From positions 113,709 to 177,708 of IMG/VR virus record IMGVR_UViG_3300049830_000285: 64,000 nucleotides of DNA; one strand, written 5' to 3'. Source of the stretch: a virus. How positions within the stretch are numbered: position 1 is the first letter of the stretch; the number at the start of each line of letters is the position of its first letter. The position numbers and the translations under genes are program-made. A model generated the notes under the pieces. The model made no database searches. It had not been told where the DNA came from and saw only the letters and a program-made list of their open reading frames with translations. Positions 20,307 to 29,697 of the stretch are shown piece by piece.

Positions 20307-20899
20307 CCGCCGAAGTAAGAACTCTGCTTGCCGCGAAGTCCAAGAAAATGAGAATTCATTTCTTCATAAGCCACCCAGACATCTTTATCATAAAACTCTT
20401 CAATAGCTTTAAGGTGAAAACCTATTCTGTCTGAATCGACTGGTCGGTAGGCGTTTGTGTCAATGCCAATGTTGTACATATTCAACTGATATTTCCAAGC
20501 TGCATGAATATGACCGACGAGATTGAATTTATCAACAACACCCCGAGTTGGATAATGAGTAAGATAACATGGAATGTCACAAAAATCTACTTTAATGCCA
20601 TCACCCTCTTTGATAATCTGCTCAAAATAAGGAGCAAGGTCTTCATCAGTAAAAACGCGGTCATGATTCCCGCGTGTTAGAATTTTTCGCCCATTAAACC
20701 TAGCGACTTCTGGAAGAAACTCGGGAGTTTTTTGATAGCAAACATCTCCAAGCATATAAACCAAATCACCTGGAGCAACGAGCTTGTTATGATTTTCTAC
20801 TAATGTGTCAATCATTTCTCGCTGAGTAGTGAACGGTCTACCGATGAGTTCGAATCTATCTTCGCCAAGGTGCCAATCTGCGCATAGCCATGTTTTCAT
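20303..20899 (-). CDS. Calcineurin-like metallophosphoesterase
   Basis: ADWHLG, LGD, RGNHD, THYP, GHIH. Confidence 0.88.
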   Translation of the reverse strand: MKTWLCADWHLGEDRFELIGRPFTTQREMIDTLVENHNKLVAPGDLVYMLGDVCYQKTPEFLPEVARFNGRKILTRGNHDRVFTDEDLAPYFEQIIKEGDGIKVDFCDIPCYLTHYPTRGVVDKFNLVGHIHAAWKYQLNMYNIGIDTNAYRPVDSDRIGFHLKAIEEFYDKDVWVAYEEMNSHFLGLRGKQSSYFGG

Positions 20900-20938
20900 G
20901 TGATTACTTATTGTGAATCTTTTTCAGTTTGAGGAAAA

Positions 20939-21382
20939 TCAAACTGAAGACATTTCATCCCACGCTGTCGGTGTAGTTGTTTTAATTCGTTCAGCAATTT
21001 TGTGCAACAACCAGCCCTCAAGCTGTCCATGTTCATCAAAATTGTATCCAGAATCAAGACAAGCTTTGTAAAGTCGATAACCCTCCATTGGCCGGCCGAG
21101 TAAATTATCCATCATGATGTGCATTTGCTCGATGAACATGTCTTCTTGGGCGTCAATATCTGGATTTTTGCGCAATTCTTCAGCCTCTTCTTCTGTCAAC
21201 CCGAACATTGGGTCACAGACTGGATTTGGAAGCCCATCTAAATAATACGTTGGGTCGTTGCATTCAACAAGTCCAAAAACTCCAAGCTGCCACTCGTCGT
21301 ATTCCTGGGTGCTGCGCATTAAATGAAAATCAGGAACAATTTCACCGTAACTTTCTGCTTTGGTTATGCATTGTAAACACAT
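20939..21382 (-). CDS. Hypothetical protein
   Basis: 147-aa ORF. Confidence 0.6.
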   Translation of the reverse strand: MCLQCITKAESYGEIVPDFHLMRSTQEYDEWQLGVFGLVECNDPTYYLDGLPNPVCDPMFGLTEEEAEELRKNPDIDAQEDMFIEQMHIMMDNLLGRPMEGYRLYKACLDSGYNFDEHGQLEGWLLHKIAERIKTTTPTAWDEMSSV

Positions 21383-21402
21383 GCCCTATTGTAGCATATT
21401 TT

Positions 21403-21593
21403 TTTTGGGTGTAGGCTCCGGTGGCAAGAATATAAAGAGCTTGTTCACACTTTCTGCCTTGTTGTTACGTGTCTTTCACGCCCTACTCGTGTCTAATCTC
21501 TCGTTATTCCGCGATTTGTGTCTTCCAATGTCCTGACCACGCGGCGATAAGACTTCGCCAGTTTTCGCTTTGTTGTTTGTTTTCCACCCAAAA
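21403..21593 (-). ncRNA. Candidate ~190-nt non-coding RNA
   Basis: ORF-free gap, TATAAT at 21595-21600, 9-bp terminal stem UUUUGGGUG/CACCCAAAA, three AGACAC repeats. Confidence 0.45.
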
Positions 21594-21605
21594 TATTATA
21601 GCATA

Positions 21606-22085
21606 TTAAGAAGGAAGTCTTTTAACTCTTTGGTGCCAAGAATCGTCTTCATCTAAAATCTTAAATTTTGCGCCTCTTTCCATATAACGATGTAAGTCCA
21701 TCGTGGCTTTTCGAACTTGTATCATGCAATCTTGAGCAACAGCTTGTTTCTTTTGCAGAGTTTCATCAGGATTATTTGTCACTGCGTCGGATAAATCGTT
21801 ATCTACTTGAGTAACAATGCTGCGATATGTGAGCATCGCATATATTTCAAGTTGTTGTTGAAGATTCTCGTATGCCTCTGGATTTCTTGCTGGCAAAGAG
21901 CGCAAATTCTTATTAGCGCCTGCTCGTTGAAGAAAACGTTTCTTGAGTTCTTCAGCTAATTTATAGCTTTGATTAGGCATATGGGCACCGCGAATTCTTG
22001 CGTCCATATCTTCTTTAGCCAATCTAGCCAAAGAATCCGCAAATGCATCCCATGTGTCTTGGATTGATGCTGTTCGATACCACAT
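21606..22085 (-). CDS. Hypothetical protein with MWYR N-terminus
   Basis: Start reassigned to MWYRTA; same N-terminal motif as 40794-41534. Confidence 0.6.
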   Translation of the reverse strand: MWYRTASIQDTWDAFADSLARLAKEDMDARIRGAHMPNQSYKLAEELKKRFLQRAGANKNLRSLPARNPEAYENLQQQLEIYAMLTYRSIVTQVDNDLSDAVTNNPDETLQKKQAVAQDCMIQVRKATMDLHRYMERGAKFKILDEDDSWHQRVKRLPS

Positions 22086-22183
22086 GTAATTGATTTCGTA
22101 TTTGAAGTCAAACGCACCTATGTCGTGAACATTGACTTGTCTTAGTACAAGAGAATACACGTGTCTTGGTTTGAGGTATATTA

Positions 22184-22402
22184 GTGATTATGTTAAAAAA
22201 AGATAGAAAAATACGTGGAATAAAACAAAGCATTAGAAAGCAAGTCTTTGCAAAATACCCTAATTGTGCTTATTGTGGTCGCAAATCTGAAAACATTGAC
22301 CATGTTATTCCGCGCTCAGAGGGTGGTTCTAATGAACTTAAAAATCTCGTCGGTTCTTGCGTAAAATGTAATCAGCGTAAAAGAAACTGGTATCTAGGCT
22401 AG
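22184..22402 (+). CDS. Small HNH endonuclease
   Basis: CAYCG..IDHVIPRSEGG..NLVGSCVKCN. Confidence 0.85.
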   Translation: MIMLKKDRKIRGIKQSIRKQVFAKYPNCAYCGRKSENIDHVIPRSEGGSNELKNLVGSCVKCNQRKRNWYLG

Positions 22403-22422
22403 GGCCTTTCCGCCCTAGCAAA

Positions 22423-22995
22423 TCACTGACCTTTCCCTGTGGAGTCATATTCATAGGTTACTTTATATAACGCATGATTCTGACTATGGAACACCACGAT
22501 TCCTTCTGGTGAAGGGAATCCCTTGGCAGCGATAGAACCAGTTTCCTGGAGTCTGTTCATTACCTCGTCAACTTGTTCCGTTGAGAACTTGTCGATTCTA
22601 GCTAAAACAGGAACAACATAACACAGCGGCGCTTCAATACATCGGCAATCCTCTGTATCTGTGTGCCATTGGTGAGTGTTGAACAATGAAAATCTCTTTT
22701 CATTTAATCCATAACCTCTACCTAATCCTGAACCCCACCATTCACCGTAGTGAATACCGTAGCCAAGTTGAGATATAAGCTCTTTCTTGTTCTTTTCTAC
22801 CCAGTTGGCGAACCCTTTGTAATCATCTTGTGGGGTGATAAACTTGGTTCGAGATTGACAGAGAACATCTCCTTCGTCTGTTACGACTATGGCTACGTTC
22901 GCGCCGTCAATTTTTTCAGTAACGATAACTTCTCGCTTGAGGCGAGCTATTTTGGGAAATTCTTGAAATTCCAATTTGTATTGTCCTTCCACCAC
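22423..22995 (-). CDS. RNA ligase, Rnl2-like nucleotidyltransferase domain
   Basis: TEKIDGAN motif I, GEWWG, EGIVV, terminal YKV. Confidence 0.8.
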   Translation of the reverse strand: MVEGQYKLEFQEFPKIARLKREVIVTEKIDGANVAIVVTDEGDVLCQSRTKFITPQDDYKGFANWVEKNKKELISQLGYGIHYGEWWGSGLGRGYGLNEKRFSLFNTHQWHTDTEDCRCIEAPLCYVVPVLARIDKFSTEQVDEVMNRLQETGSIAAKGFPSPEGIVVFHSQNHALYKVTYEYDSTGKGQ

Positions 22996-23304
22996 TTATT
23001 CACTTTTGGAGAATAAGACCCAACATTAACGCAGTAATGTCCTGCGCTCCACTACATTATTTAACGAGAATGCAGACTCGTTTGATATTATACTATCAAA
23101 TCGTCATTTTGTGAACAATATTTCTCTTTTTTGCAAGCCATTCGTAATATTGTTTCAATTCTTCATCGGTGAGATTGTTAATTAACAGCGAATCCATTGA
23201 GAAAGCATTGCTGAATTCCCTTTTCTGTTTCGTAGCTAATACAATCTTGAAACTTTGTTGCCACCAAAGAAGCCGTGATTTAAGATTCATAGTATGTTTA
23301 TACC

Positions 23305-23568
23305 TTAATCTACGTACTTATTCGGCGCATCTGCGTCAAGAATTATCTTTTTGCCGTCTTCAGTGAGGCGATAAATCCAAGCTGTATATTGAGACTCATC
23401 ATCTCCTGTTTCTTGGAATGACAATAGTCCCTCGCTGCGACCATATTCTGCTGCTTCAATTTGAAACTGCGCACGTTTATCATCAATACGAATAAAATCA
23501 GCGTTGCCGTCTCGAAATGCTCTTACGAGACTAACTAAGAAGTTGTAGTGTGGGTCGTGTTCATACAT
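23305..23568 (-). CDS. Hypothetical protein
   Basis: ORF in operon order. Confidence 0.5.
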   Translation of the reverse strand: MYEHDPHYNFLVSLVRAFRDGNADFIRIDDKRAQFQIEAAEYGRSEGLLSFQETGDDESQYTAWIYRLTEDGKKIILDADAPNKYVD

Positions 23569-23932
23569 TGTTTTCAGTATATCCCTTTTTAGGAGTAAGT
23601 TTACTCATTAATTCAAATTTTGGTGTCTTTTTTCGAATGGCTATTTGGATAATATTCCAATCACCACTGTCGTAAAAATCTTTATTTTCTATTCCAAGCT
23701 CTAATATTTCATCCAAAATGCAATACATTCTTGTTGAAATGATTTTTTCATCTACATTGAATTCACTTAAATCACGAGTTAAAAAATTCAAATCCCAAGC
23801 AAGTTTTTGAGCTTCAGATAATTTTCGCAATTCCCAAATCAGTTTTTCTAAATGGCGTCTTTTATCCCAGGGTAAAGTTTCCATTCCAAAAGACCAAGCC
23901 ATACCTGGCGTCCAAGGCGTTTTCGGTGACAT
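23561..23932 (-). CDS. Hypothetical protein
   Basis: ORF in operon order. Confidence 0.5.
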   Translation of the reverse strand: MSPKTPWTPGMAWSFGMETLPWDKRRHLEKLIWELRKLSEAQKLAWDLNFLTRDLSEFNVDEKIISTRMYCILDEILELGIENKDFYDSGDWNIIQIAIRKKTPKFELMSKLTPKKGYTENNV

Positions 23933-23984
23933 AAATGTTTACATTACGCTTGAGCGCGTTTGAGGAAAATGGTATAATTCAAGC

Positions 23985-24395
23985 ATGTACCCACTTTACA
24001 AAGACATTCGAGAGAAACTTGGCGCTCCGTTATGGCATGATTCTCACGGCGTTCCACGCTACGCTGAGTTTCATCCAAGTCTCTTAGGAGTATACGATGA
24101 GTACGCCGTACTCTTCTTGGTGCAATGCCAATCTTGTCATCAAGTTTTTCCCTGCGCCGTTGGACATTCAAAACATGTTTTCACTAGCGAAATGAAGGTT
24201 TTGAAAGATGTGCATGAATTTATTCAAGATTATGTTGGTTGGGGCGATGCTCCACACCATGAAGATATTCCACAATGTGCTGGAACTACTATGAGTACAA
24301 GTGTAGTAAAATTGCTCAGTGTTTGGGAGAAAAATCGTCACTGGGAACAAGTTGAAATTACTCAATCTATGACCGATTTAGTAACTGATTACTAG
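23985..24395 (+). CDS. Hypothetical protein
   Basis: TTGAGC-17-TATAAT with ATG 6 nt downstream. Confidence 0.6.
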   Translation: MYPLYKDIREKLGAPLWHDSHGVPRYAEFHPSLLGVYDEYAVLFLVQCQSCHQVFPCAVGHSKHVFTSEMKVLKDVHEFIQDYVGWGDAPHHEDIPQCAGTTMSTSVVKLLSVWEKNRHWEQVEITQSMTDLVTDY

Positions 24396-24616
24396 ACTAT
24401 ACTTTCCACAAAGATGTAAGTTTCCAACCCATTTTACGAACTTTTTCTGCCGCTCGGTCGCAATATTCGCAAAATTCGATATTCACCCATTTGCCGCCAT
24501 CGACTTTGTACATGTGAATATCCCCTTGACAGGGCTGCTCGTCGCTAGACGCGCATTTTTCTTTGGTGCATGCCATAATAGTTGGATACAAAAGGAGAGC
24601 TTGTATTTGAGGAAAA

Positions 24617-24691
24617 TGGTGGGCCACGAAGGAATCGAACCTTGTCCTACACCGTGTCGAGGTATTGTACTACCATTATACGTCGCAGCCC
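24617..24691 (-). tRNA. tRNA-Val(GAC)
   Basis: Cloverleaf, loop UC-GAC-AC, encoded CCA. Confidence 0.85.
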
Positions 24692-24696
24692 GTTGT

Positions 24697-25014
24697 TTAT
24701 CGCGATTTAAAATATTTGTTTTGCGGCATATACCAGAAATCTGGACTGTTAAATTCTTCGTAATATGCCCACACTTCGCCCATAAAGATATCAGTAATAC
24801 CTTGGTCAATACATTCTTTCATAGAGTGTACGCTTAAAACATTTGATATTCTGCCTTGTGAATCAACTCCGAATGCTATCCATCGTGCTTCATCTGACGA
24901 CCTAAAGTTGTATGTCTTAATGACATCGGCTTCAAAGCCTTTTTCTTTTAGTAAAGCTGCTAATCGTGCAGTAAGTGTGTTCGGCTTTACATTCGCCACA
25001 ATCATTTTAGCCAT
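24697..25014 (-). CDS. Hypothetical protein
   Basis: 105-aa ORF. Confidence 0.5.
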   Translation of the reverse strand: MAKMIVANVKPNTLTARLAALLKEKGFEADVIKTYNFRSSDEARWIAFGVDSQGRISNVLSVHSMKECIDQGITDIFMGEVWAYYEEFNSPDFWYMPQNKYFKSR

Positions 25015-25036
25015 TGGTTGCTACTCACTCTTGATG

Positions 25037-25546
25037 TTAATATGATGATTTTAGTTCCACAACTAAATGAGGGTAAAGAATGGCGAGCGAAACGTTGTCC
25101 TCTCCATCGTGATTTCTCACTCCCAAAAACTGTGCTTGTGGCAATATAAATTGTGAATTTTCCGGGCATTCATCTGAAGTTAGAACTTCCATTCCAAGAC
25201 GATGAGCTTTGCGCTCCGACGATGGATGACTTATTAAGTATACGCAATCCATATAATTTTCTAATATACACATTGCGCGATTAATCTCAGAACTCACATT
25301 CGAAGGATTGATTTCAATAGCCTTTTGCAACATTTTAATTAAGGCAGCATCTTCATTTTCAATCTCGTCTTGCCATGTTATAAATTCCTCAGCATGTATA
25401 ACCTTCGCCTCTCCATCGCGCCAAATAACGGCACATTGTTGCTCAACACCCTCTGGTGGTTCAATACTATATCTCGTGTTACAATACAGGTCATCAAACA
25501 AAACTTTTTTGGTTAATTCATTCATGCCTTTATTATACACAATCAC
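25037..25546 (-). CDS. Capsid-like paralog fragment (C-terminal half-like)
   Basis: YLISHPS..EVLTSDECPENSQFILPQAQFLGV parallels 54754-55986. Confidence 0.4.
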   Translation of the reverse strand: MIVYNKGMNELTKKVLFDDLYCNTRYSIEPPEGVEQQCAVIWRDGEAKVIHAEEFITWQDEIENEDAALIKMLQKAIEINPSNVSSEINRAMCILENYMDCVYLISHPSSERKAHRLGMEVLTSDECPENSQFILPQAQFLGVRNHDGEDNVSLAILYPHLVVELKSSY

Positions 25547-25555
25547 TGATTATAA

Positions 25556-25631
25556 TGGTACTCAGAACAGGAGTCGAACCTGCATAAAACTCCTTGTAAC
25601 GAAGCTGTTACTGCCTTTGCACTATCTGAGC
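25556..25631 (-). tRNA. tRNA-Val(TAC)
   Basis: Cloverleaf, loop GU-UAC-AA (unusual G32), CCA. Confidence 0.75.
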
Positions 25632-25632
25632 A

Positions 25633-25953
25633 TTAATTGAAGGCTAAATCGCTGAGTATCTTGTCGTAGATACCACCCATTCCTTCTTCCTGTTGCTGAA
25701 CAAGTTTGACAATATCTCGAATAACTTCTGAAGTGTTGGAGTTGATGTCAATATGTATTCTGTTTTTTTCATTGCTTAATTCCAAAAAATAACAACCCTC
25801 GTTGCCAACTACTACCTTCCATTCTCCAACAAATGTTTGCCATCTGTCGTATCCTCGGTTAATCCGAGTCCATTTGAGTTTATTGTCACAAGTTTTCTTT
25901 TCGATTTCTTCGGCAATTTTCATTTGCTTATGGCTGTATTCTGTCATAAGCAT
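25633..25953 (-). CDS. Hypothetical protein
   Basis: ORF between tRNAs. Confidence 0.5.
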   Translation of the reverse strand: MLMTEYSHKQMKIAEEIEKKTCDNKLKWTRINRGYDRWQTFVGEWKVVVGNEGCYFLELSNEKNRIHIDINSNTSEVIRDIVKLVQQQEEGMGGIYDKILSDLAFN

Positions 25954-25969
25954 CAGTTTACCATAAAAA

Positions 25970-26055
25970 TGGTCGGCATGGCAGGACTCGAACCTACGTG
26001 AACTTTCGCTTCCATCTTATCAGGATGGCACTCTACCAATCTGAGTTACACGCCG
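25970..26055 (-). tRNA. tRNA-Ile(GAT) with long variable arm
   Basis: CCAUC-CUGAUAA-GAUGG anticodon arm; 14-nt variable region AAGCGAAAGUUCAC; CCA. Confidence 0.85.
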
Positions 26056-26058
26056 AAA

Positions 26059-26544
26059 TTATTCTGTTTTCAAGCATTGAGCTATTTGCTTGATTAAGGT
26101 GTCAGAAGTGACATAGGAGGCTAAACTGCAATAAAGAGAAGAAGACTGAAGTTCAGCAATGTAAGAATTAACCTTGGCAACAAGTTCTTCAATGGCTTTC
26201 TTCTCAGTGCTATTTTTGTATTTGTAAGCCTTAATGATATCTAGTTTTTGTGTGAAAAATTCTATGTCAAACGTAGCATCTACATTACCAATGTCAATAA
26301 GCTTTACTCCCTCAAATTGCTGGATGATATTTCGCTCATCTGGAGTCGTTGAACAAGTTACCATTGGGCCTTCAATAAAAACGTGCATGCCCATATAATC
26401 ATAAATTTGCACTTGATGCAATCGCGCAAACATGAGCGACATGTAGTCTTCATCTTCCAAAAAGATTTTGGTGTATTGGACTTCAGTTTTCTCTTCACCT
26501 AAGGTTCGAAAAGAACGACATGTGCTATGGCTAATCATAGTCAC
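26059..26544 (-). CDS. Hypothetical protein
   Basis: 161-aa ORF. Confidence 0.5.
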   Translation of the reverse strand: MTMISHSTCRSFRTLGEEKTEVQYTKIFLEDEDYMSLMFARLHQVQIYDYMGMHVFIEGPMVTCSTTPDERNIIQQFEGVKLIDIGNVDATFDIEFFTQKLDIIKAYKYKNSTEKKAIEELVAKVNSYIAELQSSSLYCSLASYVTSDTLIKQIAQCLKTE

Positions 26545-26586
26545 AGCATACCTGAAAGTTGTTGCCGTTTTTAGGCGGCAACAATC

Positions 26587-26982
26587 TCATTTTCGTCGCT
26601 CGAAGCTCACCTCAACAGAATAGTATGTATCCAGATTAGCGCACCAACGAATCACGAGTGACCCCTTGAATGTACCAATACGGTAAAACGTCCACAGCAA
26701 ATCTGAATCGTCTTCCGAAGAAGATTCATCAGCATATGCGACTGGGGCTCCGACGAGACTTTGTGGGTCTCCGCAGATATCCTCAATGTAAACGAGTTCA
26801 CAGCAATCCTGCCCGTGATACATGATGTAAGACTCCGTTTCGTCTACAGTAAACACGATTTCGTCGCGATTTACCTTGACATCACTTAATATCTTTCCAA
26901 CAAGGTCACTGAACTTTGGCGATGGTTGTCTAGTTGTTTGTATGTTTGTCATATCAATGTCGCGCAACAAACTATAGAACAA
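26587..26982 (-). CDS. Conserved phage hypothetical protein
   Basis: YHGQDCCELVYIEDICGD motif. Confidence 0.65.
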   Translation of the reverse strand: MFYSLLRDIDMTNIQTTRQPSPKFSDLVGKILSDVKVNRDEIVFTVDETESYIMYHGQDCCELVYIEDICGDPQSLVGAPVAYADESSSEDDSDLLWTFYRIGTFKGSLVIRWCANLDTYYSVEVSFERRK

Positions 26983-27080
26983 TTCTAATATACTTCAAAA
27001 ACCACCACTTATAAGCTTTTTTTGATTATTTTTTAAAAAGGCCTGAATTTCCGTGTCTCCATTGTCGTTTTATATATGTA

Positions 27081-27338
27081 ATGAAAAACTTACGTAACAT
27101 TAACCTCTCGCCAAAAACACAATCCGAAGTCTACGCTTGGATGACTTGCGCAATTCTCGCGCACACTCGAATGGGCGTTAGTTTTACTCCCAAGGGAGCG
27201 AAACTCGCAAAGGAGATTAAAATGGCTCCTGAAGCATTTTTAAAGGTAGTGGATGAGCTACAGAAAGAGAATGCGTTCGGCTTCACTGAGTTAACAAGCG
27301 AAGAAGCGGAAGAGCTTAAACGTTGGGTGAAAGAATAA
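27081..27338 (+). CDS. Hypothetical protein
   Basis: 85-aa ORF. Confidence 0.5.
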   Translation: MKNLRNINLSPKTQSEVYAWMTCAILAHTRMGVSFTPKGAKLAKEIKMAPEAFLKVVDELQKENAFGFTELTSEEAEELKRWVKE

Positions 27339-27356
27339 CATCATGTTGAAAAAATT

Positions 27357-27435
27357 TGGTGGAGGATACGGGATTCCAACCCGTCTGTTTTCTTCCTTGC
27401 AAAAGAAGCGACCACCGCCAGTAGTCCTATCCCCC
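27357..27435 (-). tRNA. tRNA-Ala(TGC)
   Basis: G3.U70 pair, loop UU-UGC-AA, T-loop UUGGAAU, CCA. Confidence 0.8.
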
Positions 27436-27792
27436 ATATTGTGACGTTGTTTCGTATGAATCATCAACGTCAAGTTTGTCATCCACTTTTGTGGATTTGT
27501 GAATGTCTCGCCACCCATAAGCGCGTGTCCTGGGATTGCACAATCCGCAATCCCAGGAACATCCAACAAATTTCTTTTTGCCCTCGTGTCTCCACTTGCC
27601 TTCGTTTCTGTAAAGGCGACGAAAGCATTTGGTGACAAATTCGTGGTTAGTTGGAACCAAGATGTAGCCTCTCTCTGGATGGCGAACATACATCTCAGTT
27701 TCCTGAGATTCTTCTGCCCACCAACTACGATTCCAAATACGTCGTTTAATTAACGCAGTTTTTGCTCTGCGTTCAGCTCTTGTGTGTTTCAT
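27427..27792 (-). CDS. Hypothetical basic protein
   Basis: 121-aa ORF with CSWDCGLC; overlaps the tRNA 5' end. Confidence 0.5.
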   Translation of the reverse strand: MKHTRAERRAKTALIKRRIWNRSWWAEESQETEMYVRHPERGYILVPTNHEFVTKCFRRLYRNEGKWRHEGKKKFVGCSWDCGLCNPRTRAYGWRDIHKSTKVDDKLDVDDSYETTSQYGG

Positions 27793-27902
27793 TATCCTGT
27801 CTTAGATGGCTATGCCGTCTAATACACAGAATGTTTTCCAAAGTATTTCATGAGTTCATTATACTACGAAATACTCACGTTGAGGAAATTTGGTGGAGGA
27901 GG

Positions 27903-28619
27903 TTATCTTAATCTCGATTTTCGACCATTGCCTTTATTTAAAATACCGTATGTTGGAGTTAACGCATGACAATTTGGGCAAATCAATTCTAGGTTTATTT
28001 CTTTAGAATCTGTTGAATCGCCGTTAATATGATTTACTTGTAACGGAATCTTTTTAGTAATAGGATGCTTTTTTGACCATCCACATTGTGAACATTGCGC
28101 TCGATATTTTTCATGTAAAAACCTTCTAATATGATTGCTTATTCCCCCGCTTTTAGTGTTTCCAGAAATTTCACCTTGCTGCCATTTCGCAATGTAATTT
28201 TCATATTGTAAATTTTTTCGATGAATAGTACAATATTTTGAACCTGTAGTTTTAACATTGCAAATACAACAATGATATGTTCGCTTAATAGCTTGTCCGT
28301 AGAAAGATGGTTTAATGTTTGGCAGCCCATCAATAGATTGCGCCTTGTCTTTACATATTCTAGAACAAAAGTGAAGTCCTGATTTGCTTCTTGAAAATTT
28401 GCTTTTTGACCGCGTTATTGTTTGATTACACCAAGCACAAAATTTTTCAATATTAGTGATTAAATTGACATGCTTTTGTCGGCACTCACGAGAGCAAAAA
28501 TGAGATGGATGTTTGTTAATCTCTTTGTTTAATTTAAGAAAAGTTTTTTCACAACCAGTACATGTGACTTCTGAAGCTGAGCGATTTTTACCGTAACTAT
28601 CTTTGATATATAGGTTCAT
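27903..28619 (-). CDS. HNH homing endonuclease with N-terminal Cys/Zn repeats
   Basis: CxxC and HFCSRxC repeats; LQVNHING..NLELICPNCH. Confidence 0.88.
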   Translation of the reverse strand: MNLYIKDSYGKNRSASEVTCTGCEKTFLKLNKEINKHPSHFCSRECRQKHVNLITNIEKFCAWCNQTITRSKSKFSRSKSGLHFCSRICKDKAQSIDGLPNIKPSFYGQAIKRTYHCCICNVKTTGSKYCTIHRKNLQYENYIAKWQQGEISGNTKSGGISNHIRRFLHEKYRAQCSQCGWSKKHPITKKIPLQVNHINGDSTDSKEINLELICPNCHALTPTYGILNKGNGRKSRLR

Positions 28620-28672
28620 AATATAGCATTTAATCCGTTGGTGGAGTATACCTTCTTTGCGCTGTGTAAAAA

Positions 28673-28748
28673 TGGTGGAGATAGCGAGATTTGAACTCGC
28701 AACCTATTCAATGCCATTGAATTGCTCTCCCAATTGAGCTATATCCCC
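28673..28748 (-). tRNA. tRNA-Ala(GGC)
   Basis: Cloverleaf, G3.U70, loop AU-GGC-AU, CCA. Confidence 0.92.
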
Positions 28749-28759
28749 AGTTGATATCT

Positions 28760-28833
28760 TGGTCGGCATACTAAGAATCGAACTTAGATAAATCGGTTAT
28801 CAGCCGAACCCTCTACCATTGAGGTATATGCCG
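28760..28833 (-). tRNA. tRNA-Ile(GAT)
   Basis: Loop CU-GAU-AA, CCA. Confidence 0.85.
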
Positions 28834-28837
28834 AGGT

Positions 28838-28911
28838 TGGTAGGCAGTGAAGGAATCAAACCTTCACTTCTCCCTAATCAGGGGAGCAGTCTATCATTAA
28901 CTTAACCGCCC
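28838..28911 (-). tRNA. tRNA-Ile(GAT), U37 variant
   Basis: CUCCC-CUGAUUA-GGGAG, CCA. Confidence 0.8.
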
Positions 28912-28926
28912 ATGTGTGGAATAAAT

Positions 28927-29005
28927 TGGTGGAGGGCACGAGACTCGAACTCGTCTGCTGTCCATATTGCAAGTATGGCAATCACACCAGGCAATTCCGC
29001 CCCCC
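28927..29005 (-). tRNA. tRNA-Ala(TGC)
   Basis: G3.U70, CCAUA-CUUGCAA-UAUGG, CCA. Confidence 0.85.
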
Positions 29006-29022
29006 ATGTGTGATTAAAATTG

Positions 29023-29097
29023 TGGTGGGCGATGAGGGATTCGAACCCCCGACCAATAGAATGTAAATCTACTGCGCTTCCGCTGCGCCAATCGCCC
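29023..29097 (-). tRNA. tRNA-Val(TAC)
   Basis: Cloverleaf, loop UU-UAC-AU, CCA; 5' end overlaps the HNH C-terminus. Confidence 0.88.
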
Positions 29098-29437
29098 TTG
29101 GTATTTCACACAATCCAGCGTGAATTTTAGCATGACAGTTTCTACATACCAAAACGCATTTATCCATTTCAGCTTGTAGTCTTTTCAGTGAAACCATCTT
29201 TCTGACCAATGTTGCTACACAATCATCTTTGTCTTTAAGATGGTGAAAATCTAAACATACGATTTCTGATTCTCCACAACAAACACAAGGATTTTTTTGC
29301 TTCCATGCGTCTACATGGGCTTTATTTCTTTCTCGCTTACCCTGTCTATGGAATTTAGCATTTTCTTTTTTTCGTGCAGCATTTACTGGATTAGCATACC
29401 AATTTTGGTGATAGATTTTTCTTTCTTCGGCGTTCAT
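29069..29437 (-). CDS. HNH endonuclease (tRNA-associated)
   Basis: CVCCG..CLDFHH..EMDKCVLVCRNCHAKIH. Confidence 0.85.
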   Translation of the reverse strand: MNAEERKIYHQNWYANPVNAARKKENAKFHRQGKRERNKAHVDAWKQKNPCVCCGESEIVCLDFHHLKDKDDCVATLVRKMVSLKRLQAEMDKCVLVCRNCHAKIHAGLCEIPRAIGAAEAQ

Positions 29438-29475
29438 AGGTGTTTATTCTTATACATATGTTTACACACCTCTTT

Positions 29476-29517
29476 TCTCCGTGTAAAAGAGTAACTCTAC
29501 CGCTGAGTTAATCGCCC
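29476..29517 (-). pseudogene. Orphan 5' fragment of a tRNA-Val(TAC)
   Basis: GGGCGAUU acceptor strand, D arm ACUC/GAGU, anticodon loop UU-UAC-AC; no T arm follows. Confidence 0.75.
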
Positions 29518-29604
29518 GTAAAAGACGGAAAGCGAAAACCATATTGCCTATCGAACCCAACTTAATGGGATTAGAAGTAATGACTTTCATAGCCGCCTAA
29601 ATCT

Positions 29605-29679
29605 TGGTATCCGCACTGAGACTTGAACTCAGAACCTTTCGCTAATCAGGCAAACGCGCTACCATTGCGCCATACGGAT
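29605..29679 (-). tRNA. tRNA-Ile(GAT), U37 variant
   Basis: UUUGC-CUGAUUA-GCGAA, CCA. Confidence 0.85.
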
Positions 29680-29697
29680 ATATCGGTGGATTAAAAT

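Noticed and set aside
29521-29600. Structured spacer between tRNA-Ile and the Val fragment as a ribozyme
   Set aside because: Some helices are present, but no hammerhead, twister or pistol core motifs.
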